Under the pieces are notes generated by a model. The model had not been told where the DNA came from. It searched no databases and saw only the letters and a program-made list of their open reading frames with translations. Shown here piece by piece: positions 28,285 to 41,670 of a stretch of 64,000 nucleotides of DNA (position 1 is its first letter; the number at the start of each line of letters is the position of its first letter). Source of the DNA: Trichinella spiralis (lineage: Eukaryota); NCBI RefSeq assembly GCF_000181795.1, contig NW_003526941.1, forward strand, positions 9,438,038-9,502,037. Direction: 5' to 3'. The position numbers were made by a program, and so were the translations under genes.

Positions 28285-30226
28285 TCAAGAAAACGATTGA
28301 ACTATTGCATTGATAGATGTAACCGTTCCAGCAATTAAGCCAGACATGCCGAACAAAATGATAAGCAAATTTTTGGTTATCAACCAACCAGGGTTTCTGT
28401 CTGGTGAATATTCAGTGAGAATATCAATTATTGGAGGAAACAAAAATGCTAATGTAGCACCAGTCAATGCTCCAACCAGAGAAATAAATAAACCTAATCT
28501 TGGTACAAGAGCGGCAAGCATGACTAAAATTAGTTTTTCTTTTCAACAAAAGAGAATGAAATAAAACCAAGCTAAATAATAAGAAGAACAATAATCGAAA
28601 CGAACAACTTACATGTTAGAAGGACAAGTGCAAATCGACAAATATATTCGGCGAATAGATATTTTTTCGACGATTTAATGCGCCTCTTGAGAATTGCCGA
28701 AATCACCTCCATTGGACTGTAAAATTGAAGTGGAAAACTCAAAGTGATCGTCAATGCAACCATCACTTTTACGGCTTTGGCCAAGCTGAACAAAAATTTG
28801 TAAAATTATTTCGTAAAACACAATAAATAACACAATTTACGGTTCATCTGGTAAATTCAAAGTAATGCTTCCTTGACAATCGTCTCCATATTTTATATAT
28901 CCATAAAAGCCAACAGCAGTTGATAGAATGGTTATGATCCAATAGCTGGTGTTGATCACTCCATTCCAGTGCAATAATCGAGCCGGTGTTTTGCACCGAT
29001 TTTCAATGGGCAATATCTAAATTTTCGATTGATTAATTTTGCATAGAAAGCAAATGTGAAATGGAATTATCACTGTTCCAGCGGATGAAAATGCAAACAT
29101 GATAGAGCCGAAAGCAAGGGGCCACCTTTCCGGAGTTTGAATTGCCGGCAGACGTTGCCAACTGGGAAACTGATCAAATACATAATAGAAAACAATCGCA
29201 AAAGCGACAACGTAGACGACGTTGGCCAGTGTGCTTGGAATTGAAAGCCATTTCAGTTGACGAATTGAGCACAGAACCATCTCTACAGGAAGTACAAATG
29301 CTATATATGCTACAATGGGCAGCGTTCCGTGTGGATCTACAGCCTAAAATGTTTCAATAACAACTCAAACGCCCAAAAAACGCAATAATAAAATATGAAT
29401 AAAAATACTTGACGAATATTTTCAGCTATGAAAATAAAATAAACAGAACAAGAGCCAAACTGCAACAAGTACAACATGCCATTGATCATTTCTCTAAAAA
29501 AAATATTCAAAAATGAAACATCATGTTCTAAGTGTGAAAATTGACCAAAATTATCTCATTTACCTGAACGTGGAGGCGTATCTTCGAAATCTTTTTGGAC
29601 CGAGATTTACGGCAAGTTCACCCATTTCACCGTAATCAACGGCTGATCTTCCAGATCTTGAAAAATACAATGATTACTCAAAAAGCTGAACACAAACAAT
29701 ACGCTTCATTTACTTTTTGCATATTTTGTGCGCACATTTTACCATTTTTCTTATACATAGCACGTTGATCAGATTAGTAAAAACGACCAAAGCACAAGCA
29801 AACTGAAATTATCATAAAAACTGGCAAAAATAATAACAATTGAAAACAACAAGTAAACACACACACCCAAAGACCAGAGTTGCGAAACGCTTCGGGAAGG
29901 GATAATATTCCAGTGCCGATGACAGCTTTGATGAGATTCATCATCGCCTGTTCGTCTCTGAATTGGAAAAAAAACAAACAAAATAAAAGACCAAAAAAAT
30001 ACCAAAGCACTTACGAAACAGCATGCGGTATGCTTCCACGGATGCTGTGCAATTTCGCGTAGAATGTATCATCTAAATCCACAGGAGACGTGATCACTTC
30101 CACATCAAATTGTTCAGGACGCCTTTTTTTCTCCTCCGGTCCATGACCGGAATCTTTTTCGATCGTCATCAGCGGTTGTGAAACCGCCTTCAACTCTACA
30201 ACATCAAAATCGAAATTAACGCCCAT
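28285..30226 (-). CDS. Proton-coupled amino acid transporter (SLC36/PAT family), multi-exon
   Basis: AMMNLIKAVIGTGILSLPEAFRNSG, LQFGSCSVYFIFIAEN, WPLAFGSIMFAF, GSITLNLP, LGLFISLVGAL. Confidence 0.9.
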
Positions 30227-31172
30227 GCTTGTACATATTTATATATATGTATGCTTTTTCTTTTATTTCAACAACTGCATATTTTAAATGCACATTGTAT
30301 ATTTCATTGAAATAATAAGGCAAAATAACACTTTCCTAATAATACGTTTTAAGAAAAAATATGCAAACATTGCAAATGATAACCGAATAAAAAACAAATT
30401 CATCCCATTCAAAACATAATAATTTAATAATCACAGCTTTATTCTCTTTAGAAAACAGTTTTTTTTGAATTCATTATACATGTACGCTGAAAATTAACAC
30501 ATGATTTGGAAAAATAATAACACGCTGCGAAGAAACCACGATCAGCTTAAGATGAACAATTTTCATTTCCTATAAATAATAGGTTTTACATTCTGGCAAC
30601 TTCAACGCACATATGGCCTCAGATCAAAATAAGTTTTTTTCCTCAAAAGTATGCGTCGTCAGCCAAACTATCAATAAGAATAACAAATTACACTTCCTAT
30701 GCACTAATACACAACTTATAATTTTCAAAACGCCGTATCCAACCCTACTAAACTTATCACGCATAATAACAGTTATTTATTTACTTCAATTTTCTAAATA
30801 TTTTAAACTATAAATTAAAAATTTCACTCCATTTACACATTACTGATAACACAGAATTAGAGCAACTGATGATGTTTAAGAAAATGATCCTGTTAACAGA
30901 CTACTACTTGCTGTTGTCAGTTTTGAATTTGAATGAAATCACAACTAAATTTTATAGAAAAAGAAAAAGTAGAACAATTCTATAGGAAATGAGCTAACAA
31001 TAATTTTTGATTTCATCATTGCTTCAGCTGTTGTTACAATCACAACAGGAAATGCCAAGCAATGTGCTCATCAGTCAAATTCAACCATAATATATTCGAA
31101 TATTTGTCAAAGCTGTCACCAACATCATACAATATATCAAAAATTATACAATCCTATCAGTATTACATGCAT

Positions 31173-31204
31173 AACAACAACAACAACAACAACAACAATA
31201 ACAA
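31173..31204. repeat. (AAC)n microsatellite
   Basis: Direct reading. Confidence 0.9.
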
Positions 31205-34200
31205 GAAATAAAAAATGTTCGCTTAAAAACAAAAATATTTTTTTAAAAATGAAGGAAATACGTTGAAATGTGTCACTGATATGAATTATGATAAATATGT
31301 TTTTATATAACAACGTTTACGAATTATAATTGCTTTATCGAAATTATTTTCAGTTTCATCCACTGAGCTATAATCAAGCTTAAACGTCAGATAATGTACA
31401 TGATAAAGCAGATGCAAAACATTCACGCTTGATTAGCAAATAAATAAACCAAAATTTACCATCGCATTATCTATCACTCGCACTGAATAAACATACAGTC
31501 AATGGCATAGGACATTTACAGAGAAGCATTTTGAAGCGCTTAATTTTTTTCCCATTAACTGCTATAAGTAACATTAGCTGCTTTCATGTATTAAAAAAAC
31601 ATTAAATATTCTACACATATTATAATAAATGAAACACAATAATATAATAATATATACAATGAACGGAAAAGCTAACATATAGCTTATTTAATAAATCTAT
31701 GCGCCCACAGTGAACAACAGCGTTAACACCACACTTTTTATTCAAAAGCATTTTATTGAGGCTTTAATGCAAAAGATCACTGCTTGATTTACCTGTTAGA
31801 TTCAATTTTTTCATGATTAATAAAATCAAGTTAGATACGTCAAATCAGGTATGAATATGCATCAACTGGTAAAAGTTAAAAAGTTCACCAGTTCTTATTT
31901 CTACGTGCGTACAGTATGAAAACATTCAAGCTCCAGATACATTCAAAAAAAACAAAGAATAACTAAATAAAGTAGAAAAATACGACTAATATAATATATA
32001 AATGGATTGCTGTTGATGTGATATTTTTTAATTCATAATGAAACTTGAGATTTTATTCAGATATAAAAAAAGATTTTCTTAAACTTCCAATATAGCACTG
32101 TTTGACTTGATTTGCATATTTTACAGAGAAATCAAGTAAATCACAATTAGCAGTTATCAGAATCAGTGTAAATGGAAAACAAGTTTTAAAGTCAACACAA
32201 ATAATATTTGTGATGATGATTCGACAAGAATAAAAGGCAAATTCAATTGCTCAATGACAGGAAGAAGGTCAAATATATCAAATGAAATTAAACATTCTAA
32301 AAATGATATACTTTGACAATTATTTTTTTTCAAAAATTTTTTCCCGATTAAAATCTCAGTCATGACAAAAACCAGAAATTGTTCGCTTTTCCCGTTTTGC
32401 ACGTTTTTTTGAATCTCAATTATTTTACTTATATTGAAAATTTTTTATTACTTTTGGAATGATAAACTAATTATATAATGAAAAATACTGAAGAAGATAA
32501 AGTGGAACTTACTTTCAAATTCCATGATGAAAATTAATTCAAACTGCTGCTATCTATAGATACCATATGAGAAAGAAACAAGGATAAAAAAAATAAAATA
32601 GCTCGCTTGTTGAAATAGACAGATAGATGGTGGTGACAAGCCGTGACGTTGCTTTGTTTGATGTCAATGAACGCGTCAAAGCAGGTTCTGTTTGAATAGC
32701 AAAGAAACTGCTCCCTCCTTAATTACCTCAACCAGCTTATTAGCAATGATGCAATTCTGCATCATTCTTGCCTACAACATTATCGATCTTCATGACGCAG
32801 TTTTCATTGTGATCTAATTTGGCACTGACTGATTTCGCTTTCCGTTATTTGAAAGAAATCAGCAACAATAACAACAAAATAATTACTTTAAATTTAAATA
32901 AATATTACTTTGTCAACAACACTATACGTACATTATATGATTACGATAGCAAACAGTGCGCATAAATATTCCAATTATTGCTTCTATATTCAAATTAATA
33001 ATTTCAAGTGAATTTTCTTAAATTGAAATTTCATTTATGTGATTGCCTTATTAATCTGCAAATTCTATGCTATGGAAATCGCTTCTGAAGCTCATCTACT
33101 TACGACTTTTAGCGCTGAATCAGAAACCAAGTTGCCTAAATGAAGATGACCTAGAGGATCTTTTCCAGAAAATGATGAAAGCAATGATTCTAATACACCA
33201 CACACCAGCTTGATCAACCGCAGCTGACGCCCCAGCCGTCCCAGTCTTTGGCACAATCAATCATCAGGCGACAACTGTGATTGACCCGCTGTATGTTCAG
33301 TGAAACGGATTCCCGGTTCTGAGAACAGTCAGTCACCCATGCAACTGCCCCAGGCACAGAATACGGTGAAGCTTCACTATATACAAGAACTTGGATAGCA
33401 TACCGCACCGTGAATTTATGAGTTTCTTATCGTTGTTTAAATATAATGGGATGAAAAGTTCATCTAGCCCTATGGTCAGCTAATACTGCCCTCAATTTTG
33501 TATCTGAATTAATAATCAATGATAGAATACTAAATGACCTCTACCAGGAAAATATTTGAAGACACAAACGAGTGCCTTGTAAAAAATTATGACAATTGGA
33601 TTTTCGAAGCAAATACAGTCCACTCAACCTGATCATCATTTCTGAAACAATTCTGAATAACCATTATCTTCTCATCATTCATTGAAAAAATTTACCTAAA
33701 TCAACAAACATTCTATTTCAATATTAATATTTAATAGATCTACACTGCATTTAGATTTACATTTACATCTACATGCATGCATGCACTTACTATTTATTAC
33801 TATTACTAATTCTAGCATATAGATGAGAAATGACAGTTTGTTTTTGAAATATTTCAATTATTTTACAACACATATATAAAAAACATGAATTAAAAAATGA
33901 GCAGTTTGAATTTTAAATGCTCTCAAAGTAGCACATTGAAGAACTGTTTGCAACAAACCATCTACGTCGTAGCAAGAGTAATTTATATGTTAATTCTGCA
34001 AACATTGAATTATATTGAAGATAGGAATATTTGTATAATTTTAAACGTTAAGAAAAATTCCTGACACTTTCAAATGTTATAAAATATAATGGCAATTTGA
34101 TTTTAACGACAAATCTGATAAAAAAAAGTAACAAAACACCTCAACTCAGCTCGCGGAATAAACAGAGTAGACTGATTAATTGCAAATTGTAGTGAAAAAT

Positions 34201-36212
34201 TAATATAAAATTAATTTAAAAAGTTTTTCAATTATATAAGGGTGTGAAAAAAATTTTGAAAGATAATAATCGTAAATTGTATCAAAAATTAATAGTTGAC
34301 GAGTAGAATAAAATCATCCGATAACTTACATGCTATTATGAAAATGATGAATTCTTTGTAAAGATTATAAATTTCTGTGAAACGAGTGAAATTACATTAC
34401 TCAATGCTTATATTCAACTTATGAATATCATTTACTTCGGGCATTATTTGTTTGACGAATGCAATTGATCTGATCTGGTTTTGCTTTGCAATTATCGTTA
34501 AGCTTAATTTCACACCTTCAATACTACCACCAATTATTATAAAACAACTTAAAGAACAAAATTTTTTTTGAAAAGCTTATTTTAAATTTAAAATTTTTAC
34601 ATATTCATGCAAAGTTCAATATTAGCATGGTGAACATTTTAAAGAATAGACAAAAAATAATAATAAATACCTTGACGCTTGAAGATTTAATCTTTCCGGA
34701 TCGCTTCGAAGATGCTATTCTTCAGCAGTTTTGTACGCCTTCAATTGATGATATTTCGTCGTAGGACGCAGTTGACAAACTGACAGGCATCAATTTTGCC
34801 AACTTTTAAAATGGCTTTAAAATCTGGTCACCGTACGATAATAATGACAATGCTTTGATGATTTGAAACGGAAGAAATATCACTGCACTCATGGATGTTA
34901 AATTTTGAAATAAATATTTCAAAAAAAAATAAATAAAAAGTAAAAGTTCACCCAGTTTCAACATTCAAATAATTTCAAAATGATGCAATCGAACGGAAAA
35001 AAAAATTCTGCGCAATACAATCAATAATTTGAAATTTCATCATCAATTTTGCATGTAAAAATTTGCATATTTACATAACAATTATCGTAGAGAATTCTTT
35101 ATACGATGAAGATTTGTAAATATTTTTGAACTTCTCGCAAACGTTTTTTTCTTCATCGTATAATTATGAATTAAGCTGAATTTTCTATTAAAGTCAAATA
35201 TATTAGACATAAATAATAAATGATAGTGATGGAAAGTTGCATGAAATACTGTGCTCACATTTTCTCATAAGTATCTGTGCTGCATCTCATCATTGCAATC
35301 ACCTAATCTTGAATTAAAAAACATAAAGGAAATTTTTATCACAATTGAAAATGTCAATCCAAATTATTGGAAAATAAAATCAAAATGAATTCATTTGAAT
35401 AAATTTAAATAATTATGAATATGTTTTTTTGTGAAACAATAATTACTTTTAAATAAATTCAATTCAAATTTGAACTTAGCAATTAATTTACTTATTGCAT
35501 CATTACAGTCCATGCGTGATTATTTGTCAGTTCAAAGTGTCAAATTTACAACCAGTTGCAGAAATTTACTTGTAAACAATCATAAATGGAATTTTTACGT
35601 CAAAATGAATTCACATAATTCTAACAGGATGTTCAACAGGTATTAACTCTGGGAAATTTAAAATAATTTCTATCAATAACTATAATATGGTTATTCATTA
35701 ATTGAATTATATTAACATACTAAATAAATAATCAATTAGATGACCGAAAAAAGTGAATGATAAAAAGTAATGACCAAGAAGTTCAAAGAATGAAGAATTT
35801 GTTTCATTCAGAAAAGCAAAATTTCCTATTTCTGTAATTAATTAATTGAAAATAAAATAAATGTTCACTTCCTCAAACAAATGTCATTTAGCAACTGTTG
35901 AATAATTGGCAATATTGCAAGAATTTACTTTATCAACACTGGATTATTTATTGCAAAGCAAGTACAAATGTTACATTTATAAAATTCATATACTTGGTCA
36001 GGCATTTTTTCATTTTAAACACTTACCTATAACTTCTTCTTATTACACTTAATTTCACTCCAAATCAAATAATTATACTCAGTATGATCTGCTTCGTTTA
36101 TTGTGTACTACAAGTGCTGAAAGAAGACTATAAGCTAAGTATAATAAAATGAATATGTCATTCGCTTTTGCAAATTAAACTACGACCGACAGAGATATAA
36201 AAAGATGCTGTT

Positions 36213-37445
36213 TTACATTTCTGGAAACATGCATCTTTTACCAAGTGAAGTGTTGCAACACTTCTGACTTTCTTCACAATCACCGTCCATGCTGCAACGA
36301 TCGATTGTTGTAGCACCAATAACACTCAAATACGGTGGGCATCGACCAGATTTTACCACAGCTGCAAAAAACAAATAAATAATTTCATCAAAATACTTTG
36401 TATCAAAAAAAACAATATAAATTTAAATAATAAAATGAAATGTTATACGATGAACTGTCGTTGTTGTTGTCGGCTGCATAATACCAGTGATTTTGCAACA
36501 CCAATTATTATAGCAGTGTTCATCCCAGGCACATTTCCCATGATTGCATTTATGAATAGCTCTATTTCCGCCCGGACATAATCTGTACCAATCTGAGTTG
36601 GTGAAAATAAAAAAAAACCGATGAATACAAAATTTACCTCTTTATTTATGCGCCAACTAGATAGCACTCGTTTAAATTATACTTGCCAGCTACTTTTATT
36701 TTTAATTTTTAATTACCTGTAGTTGGTGATGAAGTTGTGTAGTAGTCGGTATTTTCACAACATTTTCCATTTTCACAAGTGTATCCTGGTGGACAAGCTC
36801 CATACTGGCACATGCTAGAAGGTAGTCGTCCATCTCTGCAAGCTGTATGTATTTCTGAAGAGAAATTTGTACATTATTTTAAAATTTGTTAATTCAAAGA
36901 CACATTTTATATTACGTGACTGGGATGGTGATGCCGCATATTCGTTGTTCCAGCAGCACTTGCCATTTTCACATTTATAATTAGGAGGGCATATACCAGG
37001 ATCACAGGACTGCGATGAAATCGAGCCATCTTGACATCTGCTTCGGCTGTAATAGTTTGGTTGGTTACCTAAAATTAAAAAAAGTAATAAGAAAGATAAT
37101 TTTATTAAAAAAAACAACCAAAGATTTGAAAAAAAAGCTGTAGCATAATTATAGCATATGCAAACAACACTGACTTTTTTGCTTTCTGAGGCACATCTTT
37201 CCGGACAGCGTTTCACAGCAAATCATATCACCGCTGCAGTCCCTATTATCATAACAGGGGGTTGCCATTTCTTCTCTCGAAATAAAATTTTTTGCCGGAC
37301 AATCATTGTTAGTAAATGCTAAAAAATTATAATAATAAAATTATAGATAAATAATTTGTAAATTAATATTACATCGCATGGATTGAGTTTGCGAAATTAC
37401 GTTGACACTAAGAGTGAACAGAAAAAGAAACGTGCAGGCTGACAT
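36213..37445 (-). CDS. Secreted Cys-rich protein: signal peptide-WAP-like-(CC-type repeat)x3-WAP-like, 266 aa; exons 37445-37373, 37318-37175, 37068-36916, 36854-36717, 36592-36449, 36361-36213
   Basis: Five phase-1 GT-AG introns give an open frame. WAP-like CP...C..NRDC....CC......C and KSGRCP...CSMDGDCEESQKCC...GKRCMFP; three repeats such as CRDGRLPSSMCQYGACPPGYTCENGKCC. Confidence 0.85.
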
Positions 37446-38857
37446 TTTTGAAATCAAATGAACGCAAAATAACTGCTCATAACAACCCATACACTTATAT
37501 ATGTATATATGTATGTATGTATGCAAACAAATTTTCTAAATTTGAAATACATGATTGGTTACTTTAAAAACAAAGAAAAGAAAAATGGTTCAATCATGTA
37601 GAATAGCATATAATAAAAGTAAAAAATTTCAGTTGTCAAATTTGAATAGAATTCATTCATAAAAATTTGCGCATTCATGCAACAACAATCGCGGAGAAAA
37701 ACAACTTTCCACTTTCAGCGATATGCTTTTTGAAAATTAATGTGTACCTCAAATTTATAAATCGAACCACAAAATTAGCCATCAATTAATTGCGAAGCTT
37801 ATATAAATAAATATCTTCAAAAACAAGCTGCGCTCTTTTAGCAAAAGATGAATGTTTTTCTGAAAATTCCAATTTATCACTTAATTCAGCAAAACAAAAA
37901 AAAAGATTCAAAATAACAACATAATAAATCAACCGAATATCAATAGTTTATCATTCGTACGGCTTACTGTATTTCACGAATTAATTTTACACTTACGTTA
38001 AGATTGAAATTGAATGGATTAAAAAATCGAAATAAAATAAATAAAACACTTCAAATAAAATTTTGCTAATTGATTTATTAAATATTAACATCTTTTTTTA
38101 TTCGTACTTTTATCCCAATGTTGGAAATTATACTTCTGAAAAAATGGGCGTAAAAATTTCCAATTCACTCAGACTAAGACGTTTACATGATAAAGTTTCA
38201 TAAATTTTACAACAACTAAAATAATATAATTAAAAATTATTTGCTGTTTGTTTCGGTTCAATAAAAACAATGTGCGCAATATCAAAATCGCTTTTCGGAC
38301 GTTTCAAAGCGGTCCATGTAAAAAGGACTTGTTTACATTTTACTAATAATAGAAGAGCAATTGATCACTTCGTTATAAATTTTTCGACTTCAATACTTTT
38401 CTATTTTAAAAAATCTTCCCTTCTCCTATCAGATTTTTACCAACAACTGCTAATTTATCACGTAGAAAATTAGAAATGTTCTAAAATGTTAATATAACTG
38501 TTTTGGAATTAAATTTTTCATTGATACGCTATTCAAATGTTTCGTAAGTGCAATTTTAATTTTAATTTAAATAAATAGATAACGAATTTGAATATTTATT
38601 CAACGTCATTAATTTATTAATAATTTTTAAAAAATGTATTATTTTCATCTACATTTACACTAAAAAAAGAGTTGAATTTAAGCAACAGTTATATTCAATT
38701 TCTAAAAATTTATAAAAAAATTATTTGAATTCGGAGACATTTAATTTCGTAATATATGATAAAGAAAAAGAAAAACATCAAATCGCTAACAAAAATATTA
38801 AACAATTTTTTGAAAAAATGTAAAAAATTTTAATAAATTATATTCGAAAATTTCAAA

Positions 38858-39130
38858 ATACATACCAGGTCAACGTGGAGAATCAGTTCATTGTTTTTCT
38901 CATGGAACAACATCTATGAGTCCACTTGTTAGGCTGGCTCATAAGTGACCAATAAACGGCTAAATAATGTCGATGTTGCGTTGTTGGATGATGACCTGAT
39001 TCTCGTCCACCTCAAAACAGAAGACCAGAGCTTTCTGTTCTGATGCAGCAGTGGAGCGAAACCCACTACATCTATGATCTTGAACTCTGACCTGATTTTT
39101 GTCAGCATTATGTGTAATTCAAGCAAATGG
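38858..39130 (+). ncRNA. Candidate structured ncRNA of unknown class
   Basis: GC-richer island with at least 6 nested helices, terminal stem CAGGTCA/TGACCTG and a following ATTTTTG (see findings). Confidence 0.4.
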
Positions 39131-39377
39131 ATATAAAATAAAATCAATGAAAAAAAAGATAATTTGAATTTTGTATTCAAATCACAAAACTGAAAAGTAT
39201 TAAAAATATATTATTCTTATTTCAAATCGTTTCAAAATAAAAAAGAAAACAAAACAAATTGAACTGCCCTACAAAACTGATGTCAACAGTAACCTGTCAA
39301 AAGGAATTAAAAAAATTAAGCAGAACTAAAAAGTTCAGTTTAATATAATTTCAACTATTTAGCATTATTTGTACGTA

Positions 39378-39416
39378 ACAACAACAACAATAACAACAAC
39401 AACAACAACAACAACA
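39378..39416. repeat. (AAC)n microsatellite
   Basis: Direct reading. Confidence 0.9.
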
Positions 39417-39844
39417 TTTTACTAGTTGTTCAGTTATCGAAAATATGAAAATTTAATTAATGATTTTAAAAATAATTATTGAAAAAATTCAATTAAAATA
39501 TAAACTTGTGCATCATAAAGAACTATCATTATGGTAAAATTGAATTTAAAGATAGTTTTAATGTCCTTTCTGCAAAGAATAAAAATTAGATCAAATCTAC
39601 GGTACAGATATTGACAAGTAGGTAAATTTGTGACCGTTACCTTGCTTAGCGGATTAGTCAACAACAGTGGTCGTCGTGTTGTGCTGTTTTATCGTTATTA
39701 TCCATCGTTGATGCTTTCCACATTTGTCATTATCTGTTAATCGAGCGTCTTTTTTTGCTTTTCAAGAATATTTTACCTTTCAACAACTGAACTGTTCATC
39801 AAAAACAGACGCATATACTAAATTTTACCTTTTCCACAAGCATT

Positions 39845-41129
39845 ATGCAATCGACTATGCCGCCCGCTGCTCTATTTACTTATTCGGCATTGTCGCCGGT
39901 AAAAGAGCTTGAAAGTCAAACCCAAAGCCTTTCAGTGTGTGACAGCCAGCAAAATGGCGAAATGGAAAAGAATACACAACGATGTGGCAGGAAGAATATT
40001 GTGAACGGTTTCGGTTTGATAACGGCTCTCAGCAATAAGACGGGCTTGATGCTACGCTTGCCAACAATTGCGAACGAAAAACCAAAAGCAACTTTTGTTG
40101 GTTTCAAACTGTCAGTATTTACTGATCGAAAATTGCGTGATTTGAAACGTGCATTTCACACTGGTCAAATTGTGCAATTCAAGGTATAAATATTATTGCA
40201 TGTTCATATTTTGAAATTTGTAAAAAAAATAACAAAGACTGTTTTGTAGGCGTACGCAATAACGAGACAGCCGAATGAGAAGTTCATTCCGTGTGTATAT
40301 TTAGCGTCACAGGTTACGCCCATGAGAAGTGAATCGAGAAAAAAACTTCCGGATAATTTCATTAGAGTTGCAGAAGAGATTTGGTTGACGTTCAAAATGA
40401 AAGCGGTAAATCACATCTTCAGTCAGTACATTTTTGAATTGCCCGAATTGGGTGGAATGGAAATGCTCGCGTTGGAATATTTGTTGCAAATTTTCGGCAA
40501 ATACAATTCCAAAGAAATTACACTGAAAATTATCCACCTCAACATGTGCAATTGTCAAGAGGATCGAATTTACAAGTACTGGGGTACAAATTCCGTTGTT
40601 CGACACAAATTCCTCCAAGACCGATGCCATATTTTTTGCATAGGTAAGCTGAAACGTGAAACTGGTAAATTCCAACTATTTTATAATTAATCATTTGTTT
40701 TTTTTTCTAGGAGATCACAAAATCGGTTTGGTATCGTACGGTGAATATGAAGCTTGTACGACCGTTTATCAAGAACTACGTCAACATGGTGGTTGTATGG
40801 TAATATCGGATTTGTTTGAAAAATATCAACATGAATGGAAGAATCTTTCAACTGGTACGACAACTTTGCTCGGCACTTCATGTGAACAATTCACTAAGTT
40901 TTTGTCAAACCGTCCCACATTATTCAACGTATTTCCCAGCAAACGAGATGTAAGCTTGCAAGCGCATTTGGGATTTTGTAATTTCAAATCATTTCTTGAA
41001 AATAACTTTCACGGAAATCTCGATGGATCACCTATTTATATGCAAGTATTTCCCCAAGTGGAATCGACGGAAACAGATGAACAGGAAACGCTCAGCACTG
41101 ACCACACAAAAACTGAAATATCACACTAA
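39845..41129 (+). CDS. lin-66: LIN-66-like RNA-binding protein (cold-shock/OB-like N-domain + winged-helix-like domains), 383 aa; exons 39845-40183, 40250-40643, 40711-41129
   Basis: Open spliced frame. Motifs GFGLITALSNKTGL, FTDRKLRDLKRAFHTGQIVQFKA, IYKYWGTNSVVRHKFLQDRCHIF, LRQHGG and LFNVFPSKRDVS recall nematode LIN-66 (recognised from memory). Confidence 0.65.
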
Positions 41130-41575
41130 ACTACAACCTTATTCGGTATGTCTTAGTGTTCTAAGAGAGAATTACGCGGAAAAAAGTAAGTAAATAATTA
41201 TTCCTTTCAAAAAGCATCAATTGATGATGATTCAATATTTTTCAGAAATGTTGCCGTCCTTCCATTACAGGTATTTTCTTGATGCAGCAGTAAATGTAAC
41301 AATCCCAATACTACTACTACTGAATGTACATATAACCTGACGAAATGGAAAATTATGAATGAAAATTTTCAAATCCGCACAAAAAGAACAACACCCACAT
41401 GAAGCTTATACATATTTTTTTAGAAAAATATAAATCCTCTATTGTTGTATAATAAACATTTTTAGTCTGCATTTGCATCTTTTTTTTGATGAAATTGAAA
41501 GAATGCGTGATAATTTGAAAGTTCTGCAAAAATCAGCAATTTTAGTTCGAAAATGCATCCTATCCTTCTTAACAG

Positions 41576-41578
<3 letters not shown>

Positions 41579-41622
<44 letters not shown>
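41579..41622. repeat. (AT)n microsatellite between convergent 3' ends
   Basis: Direct reading. Confidence 0.95.
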
Positions 41623-41625
<3 letters not shown>

Positions 41626-41670
41626 TATGCACAGTAAACATTAATTTCAACTTTCAAATAATTAAAACAT

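Noticed and set aside
34670..34850. Exon-like block ending in a minus-strand donor
   Set aside because: All three minus frames contain stops; at most a non-coding upstream exon of SLC36, unsupported.
38846..38875. Spliced-leader RNA or MITE interpretation of the 38.9-kb element
   Set aside because: The distance from AG|GT to the Sm-like site (about 225 nt) is far longer than in SL RNAs, and the 7-bp terminal inverted repeat has no target-site duplication.
38925..38940. Telomerase template (AGCCTAA on the minus strand) within the structured element
   Set aside because: Only 7 nt match the TTAGGC repeat, short of the ~1.5 repeats expected, and it lies within a hairpin.
39040..39065. Hammerhead-like CTGATG...CGAAAC
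   Set aside because: The core reads CTGATGC rather than CUGANGA, stem II is only 2 bp, and no stem III/NUH partner was found.
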